Source of the DNA: Mustelus asterias
Taxonomy: Eukaryota
DNA: 64,000 nt
Reading direction: 5' to 3'
Assembly (NCBI RefSeq): GCF_964213995.1
Contig: NC_135812.1
Span: 82,584,001 to 82,648,000 of the forward strand
The first letter of the stretch is position 1. Each line of letters begins with the position of its first letter. The position numbers and the translations under genes were made by a program. Below are positions 36,604 to 51,144 of the stretch, piece by piece. The notes under the pieces were generated by a model, which was not told the origin of the DNA, did no database searches, and saw only the letters and a program-made list of their open reading frames with translations.

Positions 36604-39600
36604 GATAGAGTCATAGAGGTTTACAGCATGGAAACAGGCCCTTTGACCCAACTTGTCCATGCCATCCTTTTTTTAACCACTAAGCTAGTCCCAATTGCCC
36701 GCGTTTGGCCCACATCCCTCTAGACCTATCCTCATCTTACCTATGTAACTAAACACTTTTTAAAAGACAAAATTGTACCCGCCTCAACTACTACCTCTGG
36801 CAGCTTGTTTCAGTCACTTACCACCCTTCGTGTGAAAAATTGTCCCTCTGCGCCCTTTTGAATCTCTCCCCTCTCATCTTAAACCTTTGCCCTCTAGTTT
36901 CAGACGTCCCTATCTTTGGGAAAAGATGTTGACTATCTAGTTGATCTATGTCCCACATTGTTTTATAGACCTCTATAAGATCACCCCTGAGCCTCTTATG
37001 CTCCAGGGAAAAAAGTCCCAGTCTATCCAGCCTCTCCTTATAACTCAAACCATCAAGTCCTGATAGCATCCTAGTAAATCCTTTCTGCACTCTTTCTAGT
37101 TTAAAAATGTCCTTTCTACAATAGGGTGACCAGAACTGTACTCAGTATTCCAAGTGTGGCCTTACTAATGTCTTGTACAACTTCAACAAGAAGTCCCAAC
37201 TCCTGTATTCAATGTTCTGACCAATTAAACCAAGCATGCCGAATGCCTTCTTCACTACTCTATCCACCTGTGACTCCACTTTCAAGGAGCTATGAACCTG
37301 TACCCCTAGATCTCTTTGTTCTATAACTCTCCCCAATGCCCTACCATTAACTGAGTAAGTCCTGCCCTGGTTCGATCTACCAAAATGCATCACCTCGCAT
37401 TTACCTAAATTAAACTCCATCTACCGTCCATCGGTCCACTGGCCCAATTGATCAAGATCTCGTTGCAATACTAGATAACCTTCTTCACTGTGCCATGAAT
37501 CTTGGTGTCATCTGCAAACTTACTAACCATGCCTCCTAAATTCTCATCCAAATCATTAATATAAATGACAAATAACAGTGGACCCAGCACCGATCCCTGA
37601 AACACTTTGCTTGTCACAAGCCTCCAGTTTGAAAAATAACCCTCTACAGCCACTCTCTGTCTTCTGTCATCAAGCCAATTTTGTATCCATTTGGTTACCT
37701 CACCCTGGATCCCATGAGATTTAACCTTATGCAACAACCTAGTTTGAAAAATAACCTTCTACAGCCACTCTCTGTCTTCTGTCATCAAGCCAATTTTGTA
37801 TCCATTTGGTTACCTCACCCTGGATCCCATGAGATTTAACCTTATGCAACAACCTACCATGCGATACTTTGTCAAAGGCCTTGCTAAAGTCCATGTAGAC
37901 AACATCAACTGCAATGCCCTCATCTACCTTCTTGGTTACCCCTTCAAAAAACTCAATCAAATTTGTGAGACATGATTTTCCACTCACAAAGCCATGCTGA
38001 CTGTCCCTAATCAGTCCTTGCCTCTGTAAATGCCTTTAGATCCTCTCTCTCTCAAACACCTTACCCACTACAGATGTGAGGCTCACCGACCTGTAGTTCC
38101 CAGGCTTTTCCCTGCAGTTGTTCTTAAGCAAAGACACAACATTTGCAATCCGCAGGCACCTCACCTGTGGCTGTCGATGATTCAAATATCTCTGCTAGGG
38201 GACCCACAATTGCCTCCCACAACGTCCTGGGATATGCTTCATCAGGTCGCGGGGATTTATCTGCCTTGATGAGCTTTAAGACATCCAGCACCTCCTTCTC
38301 TGTAATATGAACACTCCTCAAGACATCACTATTTATTTCCCCAAGTTCCCTAACATGCATGCCTTTCTCAACAGTAAATACTGATGAGAAATATTCATTT
38401 AGGATCTCATCCATCTCTTGTGGATCTGCACATAGATGACCTTGTTGATCTTTAAGAGACCCTACTCTCTCCCAAGTTACTCTTTTGTCCTTTATGTATT
38501 TGTAGAAGCTTTTTGGATTCTCCTTTGCCTTATCTGCCAAAGCAATTTCGTGCCCCTTTTTGCCCTCCTGATTTGTTTCTTAACTCTGCTCCAACACCCT
38601 CTACACTTTTCAAGGGATCCACTTGATCCCAGCTGCCTATGCATGGCATGTGCCTCCTTCTTCTTCTTGACCAGGGCCTCAATATCCCGAGCCATCCAGG
38701 GTTCCCTACTTCTACTAGCCTTGCCCTTCACTCTAAAAATGTGCTTACCCTGAACCCTGGTTAACACACTTTTGAAAGCCTCCCACTTACCAGCCGTCCC
38801 TTTGCCTGCCAACAAACTCCCACAATCAACTTTTGAAAGTTCCTGTCTGATACCATCAAAATTTGCCTTGCCCCAATTTAGAATTTTAACTTTTGGGCCA
38901 GACCTATCGTTCTCCATCGGTATCTTAAAACTAATGCAATTATGGTCACTGGTCCCAAAGTGATCCCTCGCTAATACTTCTGTCACGTGCCCTTCCTTAT
39001 TTCCCAAGAGGAGGTCAGGTTTTGCCCCTCTCTAGTCGGGCCATCCACATACTTAATGAGAATTTTCTCCTGAATACACTCAACAAATTTCTCTCCATCC
39101 AAGCTTCTAATATTATGGTTGTCCCCGTCAATGTTGGGAAGGTTAAAGTCGCCTACTATTACCACCCTATTTTTCTCGGAGTTATCCATAATTTCCTTAC
39201 ATATTTGCTCCTCAATTTCCCACTGACTATTTGGGGCCCTATAGTACAATCCGATCAAAGTGATTTCCCCCTTCATATTTCTCAGTTCTACCCATATAGA
39301 CTCAGTGGGCGAACCCTCAGAAATATCCCCTCTCAGTAATGCTGTGATGTTTTCCCTAATCAAAAGTGCCACTCCCCCTCCTCTCTTACCTCCTGTTCTA
39401 CCTTTCCTATAGTATCTGTACCCTGGAACATTGAACTGCCAGTCCTGTCCTTCCCTTAGCCATGTCTCAGTAATAGCTATGATATCCCAGTCCCATGTAT
39501 ACATCCATGTCCTGAGTTCATCTGCCTTGCCGTCAGGCCTCTTGCATTGAAATAATGCAGTTTAATCTGAACTTCCCTTGCTCTCTGCCCTGCTTTTGCC

Positions 39601-39738
39601 TAAGCTGTCTAGTACTAGGATTACTGACACTGCCTTTACTATTTAATGTGTTCTCTTTAACTTCTGTGTTGTCCACAACCTTCTCTCCTGTCTCCCGAGT
39701 GCTTTGGGTCCCACCCCCCTGCCAAACTAGTTTAAACC
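36604..39738 (-). mobile_element. Near-complete CR1 ORF2 (APE + RT), disrupted
   Basis: DIIAITETWL, GDFN, SDHN, DFSKAFDKV and KFADD motifs across ORFs from 36818 to 39504. Confidence 0.92.
37626..37855. repeat. 115-bp tandem duplication inside the CR1 RT
   Basis: 37626-37740 and 37741-37855 are near identical (LHKVKSHGIQGEVTKWIQNWLDDRRQRVAVEGYFSN twice). Confidence 0.9.
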
Positions 39739-40859
39739 CTCTTTGTCTGTGTAGGAGATTTGTGTATTTTTCTGTATGTGTTAACTTTCTATTGTGTTAC
39801 TGATGCTATATATTGCCACATGCAAATATTTTTCCTCTGTATCAGCCCTGTTTTTGCTTTGAGTTGCTGACAGGAAGTCCATGGGTTTGCGTAAATATTT
39901 ACAGGGTATCCCACACATAGTAAAATAAAAAATCATGTTTTGGTACTATTGATGCTGTCTCTACCCATGTAGCATGTTTCTCTAAACACTGTAAACAACT
40001 TAAATCTTAGGGTTGACCTATATTTACCAGCTGTTCAGCTAGAACAACAACCTATTAGAGACTAATCGGTGCATTACTGTTTCTTATATTTAACACTTGA
40101 TGTTACATTCTAATGGAGAGATTGAGACAATCAGCTGTGGAGTTGCAAAGGCAAAAACCCACGGGAGTAATTGTAATATAAAGAGCTTTTTGGTGCATAT
40201 TTTGTTATTAATGGATAAACCAACAGCATTACATTTTCAGTGCATTGAATTTAGTCAGCCACGATTTTTCTAATTTACATTATAATCTATTTGCAATAGC
40301 AACAACTTGTATGTATATAATTGAATCAGCTCTATATTGGCTTTAGACAATTTATAATTCATATTCTGCTTTATTTCATGAACAGTCAATTTAGCCACAG
40401 ATCTTATTAGGCATTTGGAAATAAGATATATAATTTCGACCACAATCTCTGATTGAACAGTTGTCTTGTGTTTTTCTGGTATTCTACTCACTTTTGTTTT
40501 ATGAAAAGGGGCAGGGTTAGACCATAGGGCCCCCTCACGCACACTATGACATTTAAGGAGTTCATAGCTGATGCTCGACCTCAAATCCTCTTTGTTTGAT
40601 TCCCTTGGTATCCAAAAGTCTATCCATCTCACCTTTGAATATGCTTATGGCTAAGCATCCTCAACTTTATGGAATAATGCATTCCAAAAACCCTCTGCAT
40701 ACAGGGCAAAGATGTCCAGGAGAAAATATCAAAAGAAATTTTTGTGATCCTTGCATCAACATTGTAGTTTAGTCAAGTGACAACAATTTGTGTAGCACTA
40801 TTCTAATTATAATCACATAGAGGATTAAGCCCATTATAGAATCATAGAATGATTACAGC

Positions 40860-43800
40860 ACAGAAGGAAGCTTTCCAGAGGCTTAAAATGTTGCAAAAAA
40901 TAGAAGCAAGTCTGAGGACTGGGAGTGTTTTAAAAACCAGCAGAGGACCACCAAAATGTTGATAAAAAGGAAGAAAATAGAACGAGAGTAAATTGGCCAG
41001 GAATATAAAAACAGATTGTAAGAGCTTTTGTAAATATATAGGGAGAAAGAAAGTTGCTAAATTAAACATTGGCCCCTCAGAAGGAGAGACAGGAGGAGTT
41101 ATCATGGGGAATGGAGAAAGAGCAGGGGCATTGAACAAATATTTTGTGTCTGTCTTCATAGTAGGAGACGTAAGTTTTATTCCAGAAATAGACAATAACC
41201 TAGAGGCTAAAAAGAGTGAGGAAACTAATGTCAGCAGAGAAAAACTAATAGCAAAACTTGAGGAAATAAAATCTGACAAATCCCTAGGACCTGTTGGCCT
41301 ACACTTTAGGGTTCTAAAAAGAGACATCTGCAGAAATAGTGGATGTGCTAATTATGATTTTCCAAGTCCTTTAGAACAGTCCCATTAGATTGGAAGTTGG
41401 CAAATGTTACCCTGCTTTTCAAGAAAGGAGGAGGAGAAAAAACAGTGAACTATAGACCAGTTAGCCTAACATAACCTGCTGGGAAAATGCTGGAATCTAT
41501 GACATACTAACATGCAATTAGGAGTACAGCAAAGTCACTCGGCCCCTTGAGCCTGCTACACTATTCAATAAGATCATGGCTGATTTGATTAATAAGGAAG
41601 TCGTGACAATATACGTGGAAAAGCATAGTATGATTAGAACAAGTCAGCTTCGTTTAACTAAGGGGAAATCCTGTTTGGCAATTTTTTTGAGTTTTTTGAG
41701 GATCTAACTACTAAGGGACATAAAAGAGAAGTAGTAAATGTAGTACACTTGGATTTCCAAAAGGCATTCAATAAGATTCCACACAAAAGGCTGATAGGAA
41801 AGATAAGGGCTCATGGAGTTGAGGATAATATTTTAGCATGGATAGAGGATTGCTTAATAGATAATTGGGAGCCGGGATGTCTCTGATCGCATCCCAGATA
41901 TCCTGAGGTGGGAGGGAGAGGAGCCAGAGGTCGTGGCACATATTGGTACCGCTGACATAGGTAGGAAGACGGAAGGGGTCATGAAAAGAGAATATAGGGA
42001 GTTAGGTAGACAGTTGGGAAGGAGGAATGCAAAGGTAGTAATCTCAGGATTGCTGCCTGTGCCACGGGTAAGTGAGAGCAGGAATGGAGTGAGGTGGAGG
42101 ATGAATGCGTGGCTGAGGGGACTGGAGCAGGGGGCAGGGATTCAGTTTCCTGGATCATTGGGACCTCTTTAGGGGAAGGTGTGACCTGTACAAAACAGAC
42201 GGGTGGCATTTGAATCCCAGGGGGACCAATATCCTGGCAGGAAGGCTGGCTAAGGCTACTGGGGAGACTTTAAACTAGAAAGGTTGGGGGGAGGGAATCG
42301 TGATGAGGTGACTGAAAGCGAGGAGGTTAGCCCGCAAATAGAGAAGGATTGTACACAGTGTAAGAGGGAGAATAGACGGGTGATGGAGAAGGGGAGAGCT
42401 CAGACCAAAGGTTTGAGATGTGTCTATTTTAACGCCAGGAGTGTAGTGAATAAAGTGAATGAGCTTAGAGTGTGGATCGATGCATGGGAGTGTGATGTGG
42501 TGGCCATTACAGAGACTTGGGGACAGGGACAGGACTGGATACTTCAGGTGCCGGGTTTCAGATGTTTCAGAAAGGACAGAGAGGGAGGCAAAAGAGGAGG
42601 GGGGGGGGGGGGGGCGTGGCACTGCTGATCAGGGATAGTGTCACAGCTGTAGAGAAGGTGGAAGCCGTGGAGGGATTGTCTACGGAGTCTCTGTTGGTGG
42701 AAGTTCGGAGCGGGAAGGGGTCGATAACTTTGCTGGGTGTTTTCTACAGGCCGCCCAATAGTAACAGGGCTGTTGAGGAGCAGATAGGGAAACAGATCCT
42801 GGAGAGATGTAGGAATAACAGGGTTGTCGTGATGGGAGACTTTAATTTCCCAAACATCGATTGGAATATCCCTCGGATAATGGGTTTGGATGGGGAGGAG
42901 TTTGTTAGGTGTGTTCAGGAGGGTTTCCTGACACAGCATGTGGATAAGCCTACAAGAGGAGAGGCTGTACTCGATCTGGTACTGGCTACTGAGCCTGGAG
43001 AGGTGTCGGATCTCTCAGTGGGGGAGCATCTTGGGGATAGTGATCATAACTCTACCTCCTTTTCACTAGCATTGGAAAGAGATAGGATCAGGCAAGCTAG
43101 GAAAGTGTTTATCTGGAGTAAGGGGAAATATGAAGCCATCAGGCAGGAGATTAGAGGTGTAAATTGGAAGGAGGCATTCTCGAGGAAAAGTACTGAAGTA
43201 AGGTGGCAGATTTTCAAGGAATGTTTGTCTGGAGTTCTGCATGACAACGTTCCGATGAGACAGGGAGGTTTTGGTAGGTTACGGGAACCGTGGTGCACGA
43301 AAGCTGCGCTGAACCTAGTGAGAAAGAAAAGGAAAGCGTACAAAAGGTTCAGAGAGCTGGGCGATGATGGGGATCCAGATGAGCATACGGCTTGTAGGAA
43401 GGGACTTAAGAAAGAAATTAGGAGAGCCAGAAGGGGTCACGAGAAGGCCTTGGCAGGTAAGATTAAGGAGAACCCTAAGGCGTTCTATAAATATGTGAAG
43501 AATAAAAGGATGAGATGTGAAGGAATAGGACCTATAAAAGGTGAAGGTGAGAAAGTCTGTACAGAACCGGAAGAAATAGCAGAGGTGCTTAATGAATATT
43601 TTACCTCGGTATTCACGGTGGAAAAAGACCTGGGTGGTTGTACTACAGGATTGAGGCGGACTGAAAAGATTGAGTATGTGGATATTAAGAGAGAGGATGT
43701 GTTGGAAATTTTGAATAGCATCAAGATAGATAAGTCGCCGGACCGGATGGGATGTACCCCAGGTTGGGAGGCGAGGGAAGAGATTGCAGAACCTCTGGCG

Positions 43801-46060
43801 ATGATCTTTGCGTCGTCGATGGAAACAGGAGAGGTTCCGGAGGATTGCGGATGTGGTTCCTATATTCAAGAAAGGGAATAGGGATAGCCCAGGAAATTGC
43901 CGACCGGTGAGTCTAACCTCTGTGGTTGGTAAGTTGATGGAGAAGATCCTGAGGGACAGGATTTATGAACATTTAGAGAAGTTTAGTATGCTCAAAAGTA
44001 GTCAGCACGGCTTTGTCAAAGGCAAATCGTGCCTTACGAGCCTGGTAGAGTTCTTTGAAAATGTGACTAAACACATTGACGAAGGAAAAGCGGTAGATGT
44101 GATTTACATGGACTTCAGCAAGGCGTTCGATAAGGTCCCCCATGCAAGACTTCTCGAGAAAGTGAGAGGGCATGGGATCCAAGGGGTTGTTGCCTTGTGG
44201 ATTCAGAACTGGCTTGCCTGCAGAAGGCAGAGAGTGGTTGTAGACGGGTCTTTTTCTGAATGGAGGTCGGTCACCAGTGGAGTGCCCCAGGGATCTGTTC
44301 TGGGACCCTTGCTGTTTGTCATTTTCATAAATGACCTGGATGAGGAAGTGGAGGGATGGGTTGGTAAGTTTGCCGACAACACGAAGGTTGGTGGTGTTGT
44401 GGATAGGTTGGATGGATGTCAGAAGCTGCAGCGTGACATAGATAGGATGCAAGACTGGGCGGAGAAGTGGCAGATGGACTTCAACCCGGATAAATGTATA
44501 GTGGTCCATTTTGGCAGGTCAAATGGGATGAAGGAGTATAATATCAAGGGTAAGACTCTTCGCAGTGTAGAGGATCAGAAGGACCTTGGGGTCCGGGTCC
44601 ATAGGACTCTTAAATCGGCCTCGCAGGTAGAGGAGGTGGTTAAGAAGGTGTATGGTGTGCTGGCCTTCATCAATCGAGGGATTGAGTTTAGGAGTCGGGA
44701 GATAATGATGCAGCTATATAAGACCCTCGTCAGACCCCACTTGGAGTACTGTGCTCAGTTCTGATCGCCTCATTACAGGAGGGATGTGGAAATGATTGAA
44801 AGGGTGCAGAGAAGATTTACAAGGATGTTGCCTGGATTGGTTGGCATGCCTTATTAGGATAGGTTGAGGGAGCTCGGTCTCTTCTCCTTGGAGAGACAAA
44901 GGATGAGAAGTGACCTGATAGAGGTGTACAAGATGTTGAGAGGTATAGATCGGGTGGATTCTCGGAGGCTTTTCCCAGGGCTGAAATGGCTGCTACGAGA
45001 GGACACAGGTTTAAGGTGCTGGGGAGTAGGTACAGAGGAGATGTCAGGGGTAAGTTTTTCACTCAGAGGATGGTGGGTGAGTGGAATCGGCTGCCGTCAG
45101 TGGTGGTGGAGGCAAACTCAATAGGGTCTTTTAAGAGACTTCTGGATGAGTACATGGGACTTAATAGGATTGAGAGTTATAGGTAAGCCTAGGTAGGTGG
45201 GGACATGACCGGCGCAACTTGTGGGCCGAAGGGCCTGTTTGTGCTGTATTTTTTCTATGTTCTATACGGAGCAGAGTGTGGGCATTAATGGAGCTTTTTC
45301 AAGTTTGCAGGCAATGATGTACCACAAGGATCAGTGCCTGGGCCTCAGCTATTTACAATTTATATGAATGAATTTAATGAAGAGACAATGAGTAATGAAC
45401 CAAAATTTGCTGATGATAAGCTAGGTGGGAAGCTAAGTTGTGGGGAGGACTCAGTCAGGCTTTATTGAAAGGGGAGTGGAGTACAAGAATAAAGAAGCCT
45501 TGCTGCAGTTGTACAGGGTTTTGATAAAACTACGTTGACAATACTGTGTGCAGAAAGGATATACGTTCATTGGAGGCCAAAGTTCATAAGATTGATTCCA
45601 AGGGTAAAGGATGGTCTTATGATGAGAGGCTAAATAACTTGGATGAATATTCTCTGGAGTTTAGAGGAATGAGGGGCAATCTCATTGAAACCTAGCAAAT
45701 TCTGAGGGAGCTTGATAGGATAGACGCTGAGAGATTGTTTCTGCTAGTATGGAGTCTAAAACACGAGGGCACAGTCTCAGGATAAGGGGCCAATCATTTA
45801 GGACCGAGATAAGAAGAAAATATTTTACTCAAAGGGTTGTGATTCGTTGGCATTCTCTACCCCAGAGGGTTGTGGATGCCACATCATTGAATACATTTAA
45901 GGTTGGGATCGACAGATTTTTGGTCTGTCAGGGAATTGAGAGATATGGGGAGTGGGCAGGAAAATAGAGTTGCAGCCCAATATCAGTCACAATCATATTG
46001 GAGAGTGAAGCTAGCCCAACAAGCCAAATGGTCTACTCCTGTTCCTATTTCTTGTGTCCT
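40860..46060 (+). mobile_element. Old CR1 LINE split by a younger CR1
   Basis: The reading WIEDCLID stops at ~41863 and resumes as EQSVGINGAFS at ~45266. The old 3' end is at ~46060. Confidence 0.8.
41865..45265 (+). mobile_element. Younger CR1 LINE with ORF1 esterase (SGNH-like) C-terminal part and ORF2 (APE + RT), few disablements
   Basis: HIGTADIGRK and VVISGLLPVPR (ORF1). YFNARS, AITETW, GDFN, SDHN and RT motifs (ORFs 42284-45186), TTCTATG tail. Confidence 0.93.
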
Positions 46061-46369
46061 TGTATTCAGCCCTTTGTGTCTTGTTCTCTGCAAGAACAAT
46101 TCAGCTAGTCTGACTCCCCACTTTTTCCCATCAGCCCTCGAAGTTTGATCTCGTCAGATAATTATCCAGTAACCTTTTAAAAGCGATGATTGAATCTACT
46201 TTCACACACCCTCAGGCAGTGTATTCCAAATTCTAAACACACATTGCATAAAAAGGTTTTTCATCATGTTGACACTGGTTCTTTTGTATTTACCTTAAAT
46301 TGGTGCCCTTTGGTTCTTGATCTTTTACCAATGGAAACTGCTATTTATGCTGTCTATACCTTTCTTGAT

Positions 46370-48060
46370 TTTCAACATCTCGATAGATCCAGAACTGTAG
46401 TTCTTTGTTTCTTATGTCCCTCTTTCTTAAATAACAGTGTTACATTGCTGCCTTCCACTCCACTGGGATCATTCCAGAATCTAGGGAATTTTGGATGATC
46501 AGTACATTCACTGTCTCTGTAGTTATCTTTTTCAGAAGCTTTGGATCCAGGCCATGAAGTCCAGGGCATTTGTTGGCTTTCAGTTCCATTAATTTCTCAA
46601 ATTACTTTTTCTTTACGAATGTGAATTATTTTAATTTCTTCGCTTTCTTTAAGACCCAAGGTTTCTCACTATTTCTGGTTTGTTTTTGTGTCTTTTACTT
46701 TGAAGACAAACACACAAATTTTTTTAAAGTCTCCGATATTTACTTCTCCACGATTATATTTCTCCTGCCTCAGCCTGTGAAGAACCCATCTTTATTGTCA
46801 CTATTCTCATCCTTCTTACATACTTACAGGCACTTTTTATGACCCGTCTTCATATTTCTACCAAGTTTGCTCTCATTCTATTTTTCTCCCTCTATTAATT
46901 GTTTTCACCATCCTTTGCTGGTATCTAAAACTCTCCCAATCCTCGCGCTTACTACTCTTTGAAATATTATCGGCCTCTTCTTTTAATTCAGTACTATCCT
47001 TAATCACTTTAATTAGCTACAGAAATGTCACTTTTCCATTTAAGTCTTTCCTTCAGTGGATGTAGTCATTGAGAATTATTCAATATTTTCTTAAGTATTC
47101 ACCGTTGCTCACCTACTATATATTTTAATCTAATTTCCCAATCTACTTTAACCAATTTGTACCTCATACCTACTTACTTGGCTTTCTCTAAGTTCAGTAT
47201 TCTAGTTTCAGACTTGTGTACGTCACTCTCAAACTTAATGTGAAATTGTATTATATGCTCGCTCTTTCCCAAACTAAGAGATTACTAATTAACCCTGCGC
47301 ATTACACAAAGCATAATCCAAAATAGCCTCTTCCCTGATTGATTCTAGGGAATGGTCTCAAATGCAATCCGTGAAAGTACTGTAATTTTGCTGATGTGAT
47401 TTGTTCAATGTATATGAAAGATGGACGGCACGTTGGCACAGTGGTTAGCACTGCTGCCTCACGGCGCCAGCTGGGTTCGATTCCTGGCTTGGGTCATTGT
47501 CTGTGCGGAGTCTGCACATTCTCCCTGTTCTCCTGCGTGCGTTTGCTCCGGTTTCCTCCCACAGTTCGAAAGACGTGCTGGTTAGATGCATTGGACATGC
47601 TAAATTCTCCGTCTGAACAGGCACCGGAGTGTGGCGACTAGGGGATTTTCACAGCAACTTCATTGCAGTGTAAGCCTACTTGTGACACTAATAAATAAAC
47701 GGAAAAGTCCCTCATGATTAGTGCATTGTCTTTGTTACAAGCTCCTTTTATTTCTGAAGCCAATTTCTTGATTATTATTCAGTCAGACATTATAACTCCT
47801 GAGCGGGAGCCTATCAACTACTCCCACCACTGTTTTCTGAACCATGCTGTTTCTTATCACTATTTGTACTGACTCTACTTCCTGCTCTTCTGAATTAAGA
47901 TCCTTCCTAATTACTGTCCTTAAATCATCTTTACTCCCTTTACCATTTTGTTTTGCCTTTCCAAAACATCCAAATACCCTGACACATTTAAATTCTAATC
48001 TCGGTCGCCATGCAACCACATTTATAAACTTAGATAAACCCATAATGAATTTGAATTACT
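46370..48060 (-). mobile_element. Old CR1 fragments interrupted by a SINE
   Basis: NVTLLFKKEG and an APE-like KTVVGVVDRLP on the minus strand. Confidence 0.55.
47425..47700 (+). mobile_element. tRNA SINE, AATAAATAAAC tail
   Basis: Head GGCACGTTGGCACAGTGGTTAGC, tail GTGACACTAATAAATAAAC. Confidence 0.8.
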
Positions 48061-48886
48061 GCCTTTGGAGGTAAATATTTTTCAAAAACACTAACTACTA
48101 TTAAACCTCATTTCCTTAAATGCACTTAGATAAGTCCTGCATGGACCTGTTGCTTTAGAATAATTGTGTGATCCAGTTTTTGTTCTGCAACGTCTACAAA
48201 ATGTTATGAATTTTGCATCACTTACTCCTGCAGAAATGATAAACGATTTGCTAACAAAAATAATGAGAAACTATACTGGCCATATATTCTTTCTGGTATC
48301 TCAGTTCTCATTTTGAAATTCCATGCCTATTTTCAACCTATCCCAAAAAAACCCTGGCAATATTCAGTGTATTTCTTTCTTCCAATTTACTTTATTTGCA
48401 GATTTTCATAATCCCCCCTTCTTTCTCATATCCTTAAGTCTTCTAAAACATTTGTTTATTTCTAAATAATTGCCATTCTTACTTCATCGTTTTGGTCTGG
48501 CTTTGTTTTTAACAACCTACTCTTATAGGGTTTGTTTTTAATTTGTGTCATTTCTGGTATGCCCTTAAGGTTTACATTTTTCTCCCAGTTTTTCCTTTCC
48601 ACTACAATCTTCCTGAATTTAAATTAGTTTCCTGAAGTGTTTTTTTAAGGGCGACTATCTTCTGGTAATACTTCAGGAATGCATTTCAAATGTCAGTGCA
48701 GTCCTTAAATCAGCAATTCTTTTCCAAGACAGACATCGCACTACCCCAAATGCCGTAGACCAATACATGTAACTATATAATTTATATCTGCACATATACA
48801 CTTAGAGAAATCAGATATCTCAATATTTGAATGTAGGAGTCTCCTTAATAACACAGGGACTCCTATTCATTCTTGCATCAAAATAA

Positions 48887-49315
48887 GGTTCAACAGGCTG
48901 TTGCCTGGTCTCAAGGGCATTGGCTATGAGGAGAGGTTGAATAAACTCGGATTGTTTACACTGGAAAGACAGAGACTGAGGGGAGACTTGATAGAGGTTT
49001 ACAAAATTATGAGAGGCATAGACAGGGTGGATGGTCAGAGGCTTTTTCCCAGGGTGGAAGTGTCAATTACAAGGGGGCACAGGTTCAAGGTGAGAGGGGA
49101 AAATTTTAAGGGAGATGTGCGAGGCAAGTTTTTCACGCAGAGAGTGGTGGGTGCCTGGAACGCGCTGCCAGAGGAGGTGGTGGAAGCAGGCACATTAGCA
49201 ACATTTAAGAGGCATCTGGATGGGTACATGAATAGGGAGGGGAAACGGACCGAGTAAGGGCAGGAGTTTTTTTAGTTAGGGCATCATGTTCGGCATGGGC
49301 TTGGAGGGCTGAATG
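48887..49315 (+). mobile_element. CR1 LINE 3' end
   Basis: ORF 48901..49257 YEERLNKLGLFTLERQRLRGDLIEVYK. Confidence 0.85.
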
Positions 49316-50149
49316 TTACAATGGCCTAAACTTTGCTGGAGCAGGGGTATCTCATGGTTTGCTCCACTTATTAAATATTTTTCCATTGTCTTTGGGTCAA
49401 ATATTTTTGACTACAAGTTTCTCTAAGTATGAGTTGATAACAATGAACAGGACGTTGCTGGGTTTTTGTACACATTAGTAAAGGCAAAAATTCAACTCAT
49501 CATTACATTCCCAGAACATTGTGGACCATTGTAATACACATCCCCTCCACGTCATTCATTCCTTCACTGTTGCTGGGTCAAAATCCTGCAATTCCCTCCC
49601 TAATAGCACTGTGGATGTACCTACAGCTCAGGGACTGCAGTGGCTGAAGAAGGCAGCTCACCACCACCTTCTCAGGGGCAACTGGGAATGAGCAATAAAT
49701 GCTGGCCTAGCCAGCAACACCCACATCCCATAAATGAATTTTTACAAAATAGAAATATTTCCTTTCAAATGCCGAAGAATTTTGTGTAGAAATGTTGTAT
49801 AACTAAATTGCACCTCACTCCTATTATACAAAATCTATCAAAATGTTTCCAAAAAGGAGCAGAAATAGAATTAAGATTTTTCAACATATCTTATAACAGG
49901 TGTTCTGTTCATATTGGCAGCACTGTGATGAATAATAAAACTATGTAGAATTGAAAAGAGCTCAAATAAGATTTATGCATTTTGCATATTTCATGAATAT
50001 AGCGATCCGTTCTTATCAATATGTAATGCTGACATGAAATGTGTGTGTATGTCATTGAAAATATTATTTCAATAATATTTCATGCTGATGATACCCTGCT
50101 AGATCTTGCCTGCACCGCTTTAGGTCTCTTCACTTTCTTTAAGCTGTCA

Positions 50150-50900
50150 GGTTCCTTGACTGACATTTAGTACTGTATGAGCAAAAATTTCCTCCAATTA
50201 AATATTTGGAAGACAGCTGCCACAGCCTTCCGTTCCCTGCACGAATCCTGTTCCATCTCTCTGGCAACAGTCTGAGAATGAAACAGACTGTTCACAACCT
50301 TGATGGTGACCCCCCGCAAGATGAGTTTCCTATCACATATCCCCATGACTAACTACTTCTAACTCTGTAATATCATTCAACTCTTCCCTTGCCTCAGTGT
50401 TCCTACTGCTGAAATCCTTATCCATGATTTTGTTACATCTAAACTTGACTATTCCAACCCACTTCTGGCTGGCCTCCCTAATTGTATCCTCTGCAAACTG
50501 GAGGTCATTGGAGACTGCCGGCCATGTCCTAACTTGCTCCTGATCCTATTTTCCAATTTCTCCTTTGCTCACTGAGCTGCATTGTCTCCCATTTAAAAAT
50601 GTCTCAATTTTTAAATTCTTATTGTTGTTTTCAAATGCTTCCATTGCCTAATCCCTCTTCATGTCTGGTCTCCTCCAAACTTACAACCCCTTGAGATCAG
50701 TGTATTTCACCAATTCTGATCTCTTGAGCATTTCTGATTTTTATCACTCCACAATTAGCAGCTGTGCTTATAGCTGCCAGAGCCCTAAGCCCTGAAATTC
50801 TCTCCAAAAACCTCGCCACCTCTCTTTCCTCCTTTTAAGGAGGAAAGCATGTCAATTTGACCAAGCTTTTGGCTACCTATTTTAATTTTTTTTGTGTGTG
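50150..50900 (+). mobile_element. Ancient L2-like 3' remnant
   Basis: CTAAACTTGACTATTCCAAC (S(R/K)LDYSN-like) and TTTAAATTCTTATTGTTGTTTTCAAA (FKILxxVFK) L2 motifs. Confidence 0.55.
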
Positions 50901-51012
50901 ATTTGATGTCATTGTTTATTTGAGAGTGCTTTATTAAGTGCAAGTTGTTGCCCATTTACTTTTTATGATCCCTTTATTTCATTTACTTTCATTTTCTTTA
51001 TTTAAACATTAG

Positions 51013-51144
51013 TGTGACTCTGGTGCTGAAGGAGATGGAATGACGCACAAAAGAAAGAAAAGAAGAACCTGCAATATGATGGAAGATGGCAGTTCTCAAT
51101 CTCGTGATGACTGTGTGAGCAAAGAACGCAGCTCATCCAGGTGA
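51013..51144 (+). CDS. JMJD6: JMJD6 coding exon 6 ([20 protein letters not shown]...KERSSSR*)
   Basis: cattag| acceptor after a long pyrimidine tract, basic NLS KRKKRR, TGA at 51142-51144. The six exons total 1212 nt, i.e. 403 aa plus stop. Confidence 0.96.
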   Translation, partial: CDSGAEGDGMTHKRKKRRTCNMMEDGSSQSRDDCVSKERSSSR

